Below are positions 48,816 to 58,701 of a stretch of 64,000 nt of DNA, one piece after another. Source of the DNA: a virus (Duplodnaviria > Caudoviricetes); the IMG/VR virus record IMGVR_UViG_3300050343_000266, positions 8,333-72,332 of that record, one strand, 5' to 3'. Position 1 is the stretch's first letter; every line of letters starts with the position of its first letter. The translations under genes were made by a program, and so were the position numbers. The notes beneath the pieces were generated by a model. It was not told where the DNA came from. It saw only the letters and a list, made by a program, of their open reading frames with translations, and did not search any database.

Positions 48816-48816
48816 T

Positions 48817-48841
48817 AAAAAAGGCCCACACTCGTGAGCCT
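48817..48841 (-). terminator. psbA terminator
   Basis: - strand AGGCTCACGAGTGTGGGCCTTTTTT, abutting the Endo VII ATG. Confidence 0.75.
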
Positions 48842-48866
48842 ATCTAAACTAATTGTTAGTTGTGGA

Positions 48867-49949
48867 TTAACCGATAGAAGGTGCAGTTAGAGCTACAGAA
48901 GTAGTCTCAACAGCTGCTAAGTCTAAGGGGAAATTGTGAGCGTTACGTTCATGCATCACTTCCATTCCAAGACCTGCGCGGTTCAGAATGTCAGCCCAGG
49001 TGTTGACAACGTGTCCGCCGTGAACGATTGACTGGTTGAAGTTGAAGCCGTTCAAGTTGAAGGCCATAGTAGAGACACCTAGTGCGGTGAACCAGATACC
49101 TACGACCGGCCAGGCCGCTAAAAAGAAATGCAGTGAGCGACTGTTGTTGAAGCTGGCATATTGGAAGATGAGACGACCAAAGTAACCATGAGCAGCAACG
49201 ATATTATATGTTTCCTCTTCTTGGCCAAACTTGTAACCGTAGTTCTGTGACTCGGTTTCAGTTGTCTCGCGAACGAGTGAAGAAGTAACAAGTGAGCCAT
49301 GCATAGCAGAGAACAAAGAGCCACCGAATACACCGGCAACGCCGAGCATATGAAACGGATGCATCAAGATGTTGTGCTCTGCCTGGAAAACCAGCATGTA
49401 GTTAAACGTGCCAGAGATACCAAGAGGCATAGCGTCAGAGAATGAACCCTGACCGAATGGATAAACGAGGAAGACTGCGGATGCTGCTGCAACAGGTGCA
49501 GAGTACGCAACGCAGATCCATGGGCGCATACCTAACCGGTAGCTAAGTTCCCATTCACGTCCCATGTAAGCGAAGATACCGATAAGGAAGTGGAAGACAA
49601 CAAGTTGGAATGGGCCTCCGTTATAGAGCCACTCGTCCAGTGAAGCCGCTTCCCAGATTGGGTAAAAATGCAGACCGATTGCGTTTGAAGACGGGACAAC
49701 TGCTCCTGAAATAATGTTATTTCCGTAAAGGAGCGATCCAGCAACTGGTTCACGTATGCCATCGATATCTACAGGTGGTGCGCCTACGAAGGCGATAATG
49801 AAACAGATGGTTGCAGCTAGCAACGTAGGAATCATCAAGATGCCAAACCAGCCCACATAGAGGCGGTTGTCAGTTGATGTAACCCACTTGCAAAACTGCT
49901 CCCAATTGGACTGAACGCTAGATGCGCCAGTAAAAATTGTTGAAGCCAT
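48867..49949 (-). CDS. psbA: photosystem II D1 protein
   Basis: 360 aa, uninterrupted; [32 protein letters not shown]. Confidence 0.99.
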   Translation of the reverse strand: MASTIFTGASSVQSNWEQFCKWVTSTDNRLYVGWFGILMIPTLLAATICFIIAFVGAPPVDIDGIREPVAGSLLYGNNIISGAVVPSSNAIGLHFYPIWEAASLDEWLYNGGPFQLVVFHFLIGIFAYMGREWELSYRLGMRPWICVAYSAPVAAASAVFLVYPFGQGSFSDAMPLGISGTFNYMLVFQAEHNILMHPFHMLGVAGVFGGSLFSAMHGSLVTSSLVRETTETESQNYGYKFGQEEETYNIVAAHGYFGRLIFQYASFNNSRSLHFFLAAWPVVGIWFTALGVSTMAFNLNGFNFNQSIVHGGHVVNTWADILNRAGLGMEVMHERNAHNFPLDLAAVETTSVALTAPSIG

Positions 49950-50012
49950 TAAATTAATGCGGTGTTTTGTTTATTTGGGTTAGTACTCGCGTGTGATTAA
50001 CGCTACCTAACA

Positions 50013-50040
50013 ATCATACCTTGATTGTTATGAAATAAAC
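50013..50040 (-). promoter_or_regulatory. putative psbA sigma-70 promoter
   Basis: - strand TTTATT...GG-TATGAT, about 65 nt upstream of the ATG. Confidence 0.45.
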
Positions 50041-50268
50041 ACAGTATATATACTTAAAGGTCGAGATCTTGGGTTCTAATTTTATAGTCTCGTTGGAAAT
50101 CTCTAGATTGCTTGCGTTCTTTAAGCTGGTGTTCGAGATGTGAGGAAAATCCTTTCGTAGTTGGATGCTTAATAGTCTTTGACATTCTTTTCTCCTATTT
50201 AGTTTTAGTTAGGAGCAGGGAATGCTCCCAACTATGTTTAATATATCAGCGAACACACACTGATGAGA

Positions 50269-50613
50269 TTAAATATAAGTAAAGCTTACATAATCTACAC
50301 CTGGGTGTGTAAGTCCGATTGCTAATGCTGCTCCGTACGATAAATCAAGCTCACGAGCACCAATGTAGGGGCCGCGATCATTGATACGTACATCCACGCA
50401 TCCTTGGTAACAAACGCGTAATTTTGTACCGAAAGGTAGCGTCTTATGTGCGGCGGTATGTCCGTACATATTGTAAGTTTCGCCGTTGGCTGTTGTCCTG
50501 CCGTGGAAATAGCTACCGTACCAGGAAGAAAGCATGGAGCCTCCTGCCTGGACGGATGTGCCGAGGCTGAGCATTGCAACAGCAGCGAGAGTACTAATAG
50601 ATTTAATAAACAT
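50269..50613 (-). CDS. RlpA-like (DPBB) lytic transglycosylase with signal peptide
   Basis: SWYG..FHGRTTANGE.YNM...TAAHKTLPFGT...VRINDRGPY...LDLS. Confidence 0.92.
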   Translation of the reverse strand: MFIKSISTLAAVAMLSLGTSVQAGGSMLSSWYGSYFHGRTTANGETYNMYGHTAAHKTLPFGTKLRVCYQGCVDVRINDRGPYIGARELDLSYGAALAIGLTHPGVDYVSFTYI

Positions 50614-50690
50614 TTAGTTGATAACATTATTTTCTAAACCTTAAGCTAACTAATAGGGAGCACAATTAAGTACTCCCAATCGTATAACTA

Positions 50691-51647
50691 TCACGCAGTA
50701 ACTAAGTCACGTGCGATTGTGAAGGCTTTCTTGCTAATCTGAGCACCAATACCGAATGTGCCACGTGCAAACTGAGCACGAGTTTTAGCAGCGGTCTGAT
50801 TACGAGTGCTTGTTTCTATTTGGGTAATAGCATTAAAGCCATTCCAAAGAGAGAACGAGGCATACTCTGCACCATAGCCAGCACGGAATGCTTGCTCTAG
50901 CTTCTGACGTTTACGTAGGACATCACCTTCGTCTACGTTATATACCTCATCAACGAACTCGTTGAACTGAGACATATTCATAGCTGTACGAGAGAACTCA
51001 CGCATCAGGTCACATTCATGAGCAAAGTCTTGACGCGATACATCAATGCTGCTGATAAGAGTATCGAAGTTTGCGTTGGCAGTGCCCTTGTGAGTGATGC
51101 TTGAGTGAGCACCTGTGTCACGCAAGGCAGCAGTCAGTGTGTTCTGACAGACAACACGGATGTTGGTGAACTTTGCACCACAACCAGTCTTGCCGTCATG
51201 ACCTAAGTAGCCGACGATGCGTCGTTTGACTGTGTCGCCAGGGACGATGTCCGTCTCCGCACCACGGAGTGTGGCGGTAAAGCATACTTTGGCTCCGTCT
51301 GATAGAACGATGACGCAGTCCATGTCTGCCTCTTCGCGGATAAACTCCGCCATGCGAAGCAGCGATTCGTTTTGAACGATTTCGTACTGCTTGGTAACGA
51401 CACCGAGCAAGGCTTGGGTGTCAGTACGGACAACTCCGAAGACACCTGCTGGCAGCCAAAGGGGCTGATCGTTGTCAGGTTGAGTGTTGTTGTTCCAGTA
51501 TTGAAGCTCTCGCTTCTCGACAGTAAATAGTGCGTCTGCTGTTTCAAACGCCTCTCGCGCTGGAAGCGTGCCAGGGGTGACAACCCCCTGCCCGTGCCAT
51601 GCACGTTCGCCATTGCCGAGCCAGCCAGATGTGAAATTTGCGGACAT
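50691..51647 (-). CDS. DUF932/DUF945 family protein
   Basis: AWHG.G, VRTD...LGVV..QYEIVQN, HDG, TNIRVVCQNTL, SLWNGFNAIT. Confidence 0.88.
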   Translation of the reverse strand: MSANFTSGWLGNGERAWHGQGVVTPGTLPAREAFETADALFTVEKRELQYWNNNTQPDNDQPLWLPAGVFGVVRTDTQALLGVVTKQYEIVQNESLLRMAEFIREEADMDCVIVLSDGAKVCFTATLRGAETDIVPGDTVKRRIVGYLGHDGKTGCGAKFTNIRVVCQNTLTAALRDTGAHSSITHKGTANANFDTLISSIDVSRQDFAHECDLMREFSRTAMNMSQFNEFVDEVYNVDEGDVLRKRQKLEQAFRAGYGAEYASFSLWNGFNAITQIETSTRNQTAAKTRAQFARGTFGIGAQISKKAFTIARDLVTA

Positions 51648-51815
51648 TTTGATGTAGCCATGTATTGGACACAAGTTGTAAAAGGCCCCGTTAGGGGTCC
51701 TCCAAAGTATGGCAATTAGCTTTAAAAAACAAAGTCACTAAATATACATTTGCTGAGTTATTTATATCTACATGTTTATCAGCCTACGATTTATTAAGTT
51801 AACAATCAAAAAAAA

Positions 51816-52133
51816 TTAAGCTTGAAGATCAATGTACTGAGATATCTTCTCAGACATTTCCCAACCACCTTTATATTTCCCTGTTTTGCAAGCAACTAGG
51901 TGCTCACAGGCAAAACATGGATGTCCATAACATTCTTTAGTAAGCCGTTTGTCAGCTTGGATACGTCTGAATGTAAATAATGAATTGATATATCCACAGT
52001 TTTCTGAATGTTTGTGCATAAAGCAGCGAGTGGCTTCATACATCACTTCAGACATTGTCATGCCCCAAGCATTGGCGTAGTCCTTTAATACTGCGTGACA
52101 CGGGTCAGGCATTTGAACTTGAATTTTTTTCAT
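51816..52133 (-). CDS. ribbon-helix-helix-like + Cys4 protein (paralog B)
   Basis: MKKIQVQMPD..HAVLKDYA..WGMTMSEVMYEA; CYGHPCFACEHLVAC. Confidence 0.6.
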   Translation of the reverse strand: MKKIQVQMPDPCHAVLKDYANAWGMTMSEVMYEATRCFMHKHSENCGYINSLFTFRRIQADKRLTKECYGHPCFACEHLVACKTGKYKGGWEMSEKISQYIDLQA

Positions 52134-52477
52134 GAGATACAACTGTCACATGAACATCTTTTGACGTGTTGCTTCAACAAATGCCTATATTCTTCAGCAA
52201 TTTCCCATTCGTTTTTGTACAGACCAGTTCTACACGCAAGCTCATGTTTACAGCACCGGCAAAGATAGCCGTAGCAATGCTTGGCTGAACGTTTGTCAGG
52301 AAGCATTCCCTGTTTTCTGAGTATTCCGTCTGCCATTTCACATACCTGAGAAGATCCATGTATGTGCTGTTTCGCAGCCTCATACATGAGCTCTCCCATG
52401 GTCATGCCCCAATAAGCGCAGTACTCCTTGAGGACAGCAGCAAATTGTTCGTCAACCTTGACGTCTATCCGCTGCAT
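52130..52477 (-). CDS. ribbon-helix-helix-like + Cys4 protein (paralog A)
   Basis: MQRIDVKVDE..AAVLKEYC..WGMTMGELMYEA; CYGYLCRCCKHELAC; ATGA-coupled to paralog B. Confidence 0.6.
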   Translation of the reverse strand: MQRIDVKVDEQFAAVLKEYCAYWGMTMGELMYEAAKQHIHGSSQVCEMADGILRKQGMLPDKRSAKHCYGYLCRCCKHELACRTGLYKNEWEIAEEYRHLLKQHVKRCSCDSCIS

Positions 52478-52837
52478 AAATGCGAACATGAAAATGAATC
52501 CTCTTGAACATAGGGGCAAAGAGACGGATCGGACACGATTTGAGCAAATTGCTTCTCGGTAAAATTTTATTAAGCGTACATTTTTTAATCATTTGTGTAG
52601 CAAGCGTACAACCGTGCTTTTTTGCTTGTATTCAGCTGCAAGGGAAGGGAAGTGCTCAGACAGTACCCCAATAGAATTATGGAAAAACTACGTTTGCTAC
52701 GCTTCTTCCTTATATATCTCTTTTTTAATGCACCTCTCCTCTATTTATTTAATGGTTATATAGAGAATTAGCGTAGTTAGCGTAGCTTTTTATATAGCAG
52801 ATACTAAAAAACCCAGCACTTGACTGGGCTTTGGATG

Positions 52838-53527
52838 CTACGCAATGGTCGGTTTAAATTGAAAGATGTCTTTGACGCCGCCTGTATATTGTCGGGCAAA
52901 CTCATTAACGTCGGTAGTAGGTTGATAAGGATTTGCTTCTTCAGAATCGTATGCCATATCCTGGAAATTACTTTTGTAAGGAGACAAATTTCCGCCAGCC
53001 CCGAAGGTGTTTTCCCAATCAGAAACAATCCCTGCATTTTTTAATAATTCAGGTGAGGGCTCATATGGTTCCTCAGTTGTGTCAGGTGTAATAGAAGCAT
53101 TAGTTTGTTCGTCATCGTTAGTAGATAAAGCATCAATCTTATCTCTTAGTAAACGTTGAGCATCGTTAACTAAATTGTTCGTGACGCCAGTAATATCTTT
53201 GTTGGAAGAGTATTTACCTTCGTTCCCTGCTTTCTTGTGAAGCTTGTGAGCGCCACGTTGATAGGCAACATAATCAGATAGTTTTCCGTCGCCTTCGATA
53301 TCGTCCATATGTTGAGCACTGGTGCGATAGTCAAAGTCATTACGGACTCGATCTTCGACAGCTGCTCTTAAGGCATCATCGTCAAAGTCTTCGTAACGAC
53401 TGCCACCATGTGCGTCGTTAGTAAATTGATCTTGATCAATTCCATATTCGTCTGCCAAGTCACGAATGTAATTACGCTGGCCCATAAGACCTAATTTGCC
53501 GAACTTTTTTGGCTTGTCTCTTCCCAT
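52838..53527 (-). CDS. hypothetical acidic protein
   Basis: 229-aa ORF followed by a terminator-like hairpin at ~52806-52830. Confidence 0.65.
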   Translation of the reverse strand: MGRDKPKKFGKLGLMGQRNYIRDLADEYGIDQDQFTNDAHGGSRYEDFDDDALRAAVEDRVRNDFDYRTSAQHMDDIEGDGKLSDYVAYQRGAHKLHKKAGNEGKYSSNKDITGVTNNLVNDAQRLLRDKIDALSTNDDEQTNASITPDTTEEPYEPSPELLKNAGIVSDWENTFGAGGNLSPYKSNFQDMAYDSEEANPYQPTTDVNEFARQYTGGVKDIFQFKPTIA

Positions 53528-53551
53528 GACACAATTAAATAGCTTTTAAAT

Positions 53552-53749
53552 CTATTTTACTTGGTCTGAAGTTGACTTTTTAGGTTTGTAGTAAAGAGGC
53601 TCGTCAAGATAATCGCAGACAAGTTCTGCTAAGTCCCAATAGTGAATAAACCAGTCGGCTATTAGTCCTGAGTGGGGTAGTGCGTGATATCGATATTCGA
53701 CATCATCTATTTCGTCAAGAATTTTGTCGCGTAGTTCCTGCTTGTTCAT
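53552..53749 (-). CDS. small hypothetical protein
   Basis: 65-aa ORF. Confidence 0.55.
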   Translation of the reverse strand: MNKQELRDKILDEIDDVEYRYHALPHSGLIADWFIHYWDLAELVCDYLDEPLYYKPKKSTSDQVK

Positions 53750-53880
53750 TCATAGAGTCTAGATCTAAATAGCATTTAATGCTGGCTATTAGCCCTAGTT
53801 ACTTATACAAATTGCATACAATTTATAAAGGAGAAGTTACTTATGTAAAACGCAAATAACACATAGGTATATAAATATGA

Positions 53881-54981
53881 GTGTTACCCGAAAGATTACG
53901 TAAAGCCAAAATCAGGCGAGATGTATCACGTTTAAATACTGATATAAGAGATTTAGACTTTGATGAAATCGCAGATGGATTTGATCTTAAGGACGACCCA
54001 CAGATTTATAAACTTCTGAAAGAGTTATCGCAAAGAGAAGCTTTAAGAGCTGAGGTAGGCGATTATCATGATATTATTCCTGATCCAGGTAGGCCCGGTA
54101 AATGGACTTTCTCTGAATACAAAGAAAGCGATCCAGTTTTAACTCATAATCAGCAAAATGCTTCACTTAATCATTACTTGAACAGTGAGCTATCGGGAGG
54201 TTATATGCCTTCACTGCCTATGGATACTAATCCAGCATTAATGGCTGAATTAGAAGAAGCAGTAAAAGCTTTGATGTCACGAGAAACACTAGAGAAATTT
54301 GGAGGTAAGCATGGGATGCATGGAGGAACTCGCAGAGTATCTGATCAACCAGGTGTAATGGCACAATATATTCATGATTTAGGATTAGGATACGATCGTG
54401 TGTATAGAGATCCAATAACACATCAAAAACCAAATCAAGGTCATATCGCCGCACATGCTAGTAGTGATGTTTTGTCTCATTTAAAAGAGAACATAAGACT
54501 ACAAGGAGGTCATTTAAATCAAATTCTTCGAAATGAAGAATCAGACATGGTTACAGCAATATTAGATCAAATGCAAGGTAGACGGCAGGTGGTTGATCAA
54601 GTTGATTTAGACAAAAACATTGTAGAAATCAAAGCTGCTCAGAATTTACGAAAGAAACAAAAACAACAAGAAACTCGACAAAAAAATAAAGAAGTTAAAA
54701 TGAAATTTGATGCTGGAGCTAGTAATTTGTTAGATAAAAGATTTGCAGATGCAAGAGTTTTAGACGAATTTCAAAAGCTAAAACAGAGTGCACTACAAGA
54801 AATAGATGCCAAGCGTGATGCTCAAGCTGCAGGTGCAGTGGTTGGAGAGAAGCCAACAGTAATCAATGCTGGTGAAGGATCACGTGTCTATGTTGAAGGC
54901 GGTAACGGCAATGGTAACGGACATAAAGTCGATAAAATTAAAGCAGCGATGAAGAATGGATATGGGAACGGTAAACATTAA
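53881..54981 (+). CDS. hypothetical protein with a possible HNH-like motif
   Basis: RDPIT....NQGHIAAH.......ENIRLQ...LNQ. Confidence 0.55.
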   Translation: MLPERLRKAKIRRDVSRLNTDIRDLDFDEIADGFDLKDDPQIYKLLKELSQREALRAEVGDYHDIIPDPGRPGKWTFSEYKESDPVLTHNQQNASLNHYLNSELSGGYMPSLPMDTNPALMAELEEAVKALMSRETLEKFGGKHGMHGGTRRVSDQPGVMAQYIHDLGLGYDRVYRDPITHQKPNQGHIAAHASSDVLSHLKENIRLQGGHLNQILRNEESDMVTAILDQMQGRRQVVDQVDLDKNIVEIKAAQNLRKKQKQQETRQKNKEVKMKFDAGASNLLDKRFADARVLDEFQKLKQSALQEIDAKRDAQAAGAVVGEKPTVINAGEGSRVYVEGGNGNGNGHKVDKIKAAMKNGYGNGKH

Positions 54982-55205
54982 GTTAGTTCCAGCAACTTAG
55001 ATATTCATCAGTTGAAACTAGGATTGTTTCCGTCAGTGGAAGACGTGTCATTGATATTTGGTCTACGTCCATATAATCAACAGTCATAACGCCAGGGCTG
55101 GTTTCAATTGCGCCGACGATAAACACTGACATAAGTAATGTGCACATATTTATTGCATGTATAGAACACTGAAAAATAGGCTAGCCAATAGGCCAGCCAT
55201 ATGTG

Positions 55206-55439
55206 TCAGTTGACAGGAAGGTTCGATTCGATTGTTTGAATCGCCTCGCGTAATGTTGCACCTGCATAACCAGATGCACCTGAGTAAAACTCAGTAGGTT
55301 CTGCATAGATGTCCTCTTGTGATTGAGGCCAGCTAAGAGGACGTGCCTTGCGACAGTAGCCTTCAGAGAGACGCATCATCGTGAGCAGATGATCAAGTTG
55401 ATATCTAGGAATAGAGACCATCTCAAATTCGAAGTTCAT
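55206..55439 (-). CDS. small early protein
   Basis: MNFEFEMVSIPRYQL...YSGASGYAGATL; preceded by the hairpin module at 55471. Confidence 0.6.
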   Translation of the reverse strand: MNFEFEMVSIPRYQLDHLLTMMRLSEGYCRKARPLSWPQSQEDIYAEPTEFYSGASGYAGATLREAIQTIESNLPVN

Positions 55440-55499
55440 GTGTTCCGTATAGGGGACACAAAGAACTAAACCGCCCATTAGGGCGGAAGGTTGTTTAAA

Positions 55500-55571
55500 C
55501 GACCCATGCGAGATTTGAACTCGCGATACCACCGTGACAGGGTGGCGTGATAACCGCTTCACTAATGGGTC
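55500..55571 (-). tRNA. tRNA-Asp(GTC)
   Basis: GACCCAT acceptor pairs with ATGGGTC-G; D arm GTGA..TCAC; anticodon arm CCACC-CTGTCAC-GGTGG; T arm GCGAG-TTCAAAT-CTCGC; no encoded CCA. Confidence 0.95.
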
Positions 55572-55610
55572 TAGTAGGGGTATGGGGTTTAAGACCCCAG
55601 TACCTAGTAA

Positions 55611-56093
55611 TCACTCTTGGAAGCAATAAGTAACCATCCAATCCATTACATGGCTGGCTGAACGTAGTTCCATCCAGAATGCTTCTAGTTCGAGGCGTTT
55701 GTGATCACCTCGGTAGCCCTGGAGTGTTGCGTAGTAATGAGGAGCCATTTCTTGCAACTCACGTAAGACACGGGGTACTTTTGAATCTGCAATGACAGGA
55801 CCTGCTTGGCAGGCTTGCATGACATGAGTGGCTTCATGGGAAACCACTTCCCACACAGCGTCTGCATCTTGCATATCGACTGCGTTCTTACAGATCGCCA
55901 TTACGTCAATGCTGTTCTGTGGGTCATAGCTGTAATAACCCATCACTCCTTCCTGCGTGCAGTTTTGGATTGAGACGGTAGTACCAGTCTGTTCTACAAG
56001 TTCTACAAGTGAATGAACGTCTTGCCAGGATGTTGCACTTGCAGGCATTGCAAGAGCTAGTCCAGCAAGGACAGAGAATATTTGTTTGATCAT
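55611..56093 (-). CDS. secreted HExxH zincin-like protein
   Basis: Signal peptide; VSHEATHVMQAC...ELEA. Confidence 0.7.
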   Translation of the reverse strand: MIKQIFSVLAGLALAMPASATSWQDVHSLVELVEQTGTTVSIQNCTQEGVMGYYSYDPQNSIDVMAICKNAVDMQDADAVWEVVSHEATHVMQACQAGPVIADSKVPRVLRELQEMAPHYYATLQGYRGDHKRLELEAFWMELRSASHVMDWMVTYCFQE

Positions 56094-56227
56094 TTTATTA
56101 ATTCGCTTTAATGGAGTGTGGGAATAAGGATTCCAAAAATCATGCCTAGGCAGTACATAGCCAGGCCGTAAATAACAGTCGTTTCCTTCATATAAGACTA
56201 TACTCTACGTTATTAATTTAGCGTGAT

Positions 56228-56752
56228 TTATAGTCCATAGGGAAATACTTGTTCAGGATGTGCATCCCAATATTCATCATTTTTTCTGAGATGGACGGCG
56301 TCGATGCCTTGCATGTGAGCGCCTTGAATGTTGTAAGGGGAGTCATCGAATAGTGTCCCAACTTGGCGGTAGTCTTCTTGTAATTTTTGAAGCATTGCTT
56401 GCTTAGCAACACCGGATGGTTCCCCACCAGTGCTCAGCATGATTTGATCAAACGGTACGTTGTGCCGTTGAAGCCATTCGATAGTCTCTTGAAGACGTTC
56501 AGCAGGACGTGCTGTAGCGATAGCAATACGGTCGCCCTTGCTTGCAAGTAATTGCGCAAGTTCTACGACTGCTTCGTCAGCAGGGAAGTCCCGTGCAGCG
56601 TCAAAGAACTGATCTTTAGTCAGACCAGTGTTGTCAAAGCCTTCAGGCTTACGAGTAAGGGTGTCATCTACATCAAATGCATGAACGATTGCTTGCTTAT
56701 CAGCAGGGGTTAGTTCAGCGCCCTTGAAAAGATCGGCGGCAAATCGTCTCAT
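56228..56752 (-). CDS. HAD-family phosphatase (polynucleotide kinase 3'-phosphatase-like)
   Basis: AFDVDDTL, ATARP, K, FDDSPYN. Confidence 0.85.
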   Translation of the reverse strand: MRRFAADLFKGAELTPADKQAIVHAFDVDDTLTRKPEGFDNTGLTKDQFFDAARDFPADEAVVELAQLLASKGDRIAIATARPAERLQETIEWLQRHNVPFDQIMLSTGGEPSGVAKQAMLQKLQEDYRQVGTLFDDSPYNIQGAHMQGIDAVHLRKNDEYWDAHPEQVFPYGL

Positions 56753-56823
56753 ATCTCTATTCGAGTAGATATTATTTATTGTAGTGATATTGATAAAATT
56801 AATAGATATAAGTCATATGTAAT

Positions 56824-57987
56824 ATGTCAAGAATAAGTCTTGCTAAACAGTTAGGAGGAGATCGTTTAGAAGCAGCTGCAGATGCACTACTTAACGACCT
56901 GACGGGCTCTACCCGTTATGGCAAGACAAGGGAGATGGATTATGTATTCCCTGGAGATCGTTTGACTGCAGATAATGTTGAAGAGAGTATTACTCGGCTT
57001 GGTGCACGTAACCCTGCACAACTTACGTATGGGCCTGATGGCAGCATCGTGGGAATTGAGGGGGGAGACGTTATACGCAACAAGAAAGGAGGCATCAACA
57101 TTGATCAAGTGCCGTCCCCTTACGGGAGGGACTACGTCAAGTACAGCCCTTCAGTGGTCGATAGCACTACAAGTGAACTAGTAGAAGCTCAGTTGTATCC
57201 AGAGCGCTTTACAGGCGCTACAGGACAGCTAGGAGCTGCAAGAGATATGGGCTTGGCCCACAGGTACAACGACTACGAGGGATATAGGGCAATTAATGAC
57301 CGTATGGAGGTCACACCGGAAGCATTGGCGCGGTTTGGTGCATTAGTGACCAAAGGAAAGGCAGATAAGCCGATCGCGGCAGCAATGTCAGGTGGAGGTG
57401 CCATCCTCGGAAGCCGTGGAGACACCGTGTTGATTCCAGGGACAGACAAGGTATTCAGTTCATTACCCAGTGATGAGAAGGCTGCTTATTTAGGTGAGAG
57501 GGGAGATGTCTTTCTTAATCAGTGGCTACAGCAAAAGGGTGGTTCGATGGGAACAGCACAGTCAGTGATATTCCCTCCTGGGCGACCTAGCCATATGGAC
57601 CACATCCAATCGCTGTCAAGCAGCATTGATGCAAAAGGTCCGGCAGGGTGGGGTTATAGCGATGATCCAACTAACTTCAGCTATCTAGACGCTGACTACA
57701 ACGTCAATACAAAGCTGAACTACGACTTACAGACGGTGCATCAGCTCGGTCGGTTGGCCGACACCATGCGTCAAGACGGATATGGAGCCCGGCTACCTAA
57801 GAACCTCACTGATCAGGAGTTAGGCGATCCAGACCGGAAGCGTCTGTCTCAGAATGAGGCCATTGGTGAGTTAGTCATGAAGACCATTCCACCTACGGCA
57901 GACACAAAGGAATTGGAGTACGCCTTAGGAATGCTCCGTCAAGCAGAGCGTGAGCAGATGCAGTGGAGTGGTGGGTTAGCTAGCTGA
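56824..57987 (+). CDS. hypothetical protein with an HNH-like motif
   Basis: HMDHIQSLS...DDPTNFSYL...YNV.TK; TAAAAT box at 56794. Confidence 0.6.
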   Translation: MSRISLAKQLGGDRLEAAADALLNDLTGSTRYGKTREMDYVFPGDRLTADNVEESITRLGARNPAQLTYGPDGSIVGIEGGDVIRNKKGGINIDQVPSPYGRDYVKYSPSVVDSTTSELVEAQLYPERFTGATGQLGAARDMGLAHRYNDYEGYRAINDRMEVTPEALARFGALVTKGKADKPIAAAMSGGGAILGSRGDTVLIPGTDKVFSSLPSDEKAAYLGERGDVFLNQWLQQKGGSMGTAQSVIFPPGRPSHMDHIQSLSSSIDAKGPAGWGYSDDPTNFSYLDADYNVNTKLNYDLQTVHQLGRLADTMRQDGYGARLPKNLTDQELGDPDRKRLSQNEAIGELVMKTIPPTADTKELEYALGMLRQAEREQMQWSGGLAS

Positions 57988-58627
57988 ACTCATCCATCCC
58001 TTGCATAAATTGGAGGGTAGGGCCGTATGCGGCTTGAATATCGCGTGTCAGTGCTTTGAGCTTTAAAGCGTTATGCACAGCAGAAGCCGTAGACACTGCA
58101 GATATATCGCGTGCTTTTACAGCATCATTAACAGTCTGTTGGACAGCTGCTAGATCAGATAAACGTTCTCTATTGAAATTCATGATTGTTAAACAGATGG
58201 AAAGTCAGCTTCAGTGAACGGAACAGTTTCACCGTATGCAGCTGCCATGTCACGTTGCTTTTGACGAGACATGATCCTTTGAGAATCTTCGTTACGTGCT
58301 TGCATAAGCTGCTCATTTCTATTTATTGCCTCTGCCATTGTTTGAAAAATACGATTTTCGCCAGCAAAGCGTTCGATATTCATAGCAAAAACACACAGTA
58401 TTTATATTCTAAAGTTTTCCCTCAACTACAGAATTATGTGGAATTGATGTATATCCGTCAAATTCACCTTTGAGGACAGGGATGTGGATATTTTCTGTGA
58501 CCCATCGGCAGTCTTCTTCTGTTGGTCCAGTGACCATGCGGTCGCCAGACTTAAGCACAGAAGTATAAAGGCCAAACCTTGACTTTTGGATTGAAAACTC
58601 ATATGTTTCCTTAGTTTTTCTAGGCAT
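57980..58627 (-). CDS. three small hypothetical genes (57980-58183, 58189-58383, 58409-58627)
   Basis: Co-oriented ORFs; the last carries SRFGLYTS...MVTG.TEE.CR..T. Confidence 0.55.
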
Positions 58628-58701
58628 GTGTATATTTAAGCTCTGTCCAGTTTAGTTAGAAACGTAAAAAAGTGGCCCTCATTAGAGGACCACATTGATC
58701 A

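Noticed and set aside
48867-49949. Group I intron in psbA
   Set aside because: The ORF is a continuous 360 aa
55562-55571. tRNA-Asp 5' end GACCCATTAG equals the start of the commonest early hairpin
   Set aside because: Only 10 nt and in the opposite orientation; TAG at these tRNA positions is near-universal, so coincidence is likely
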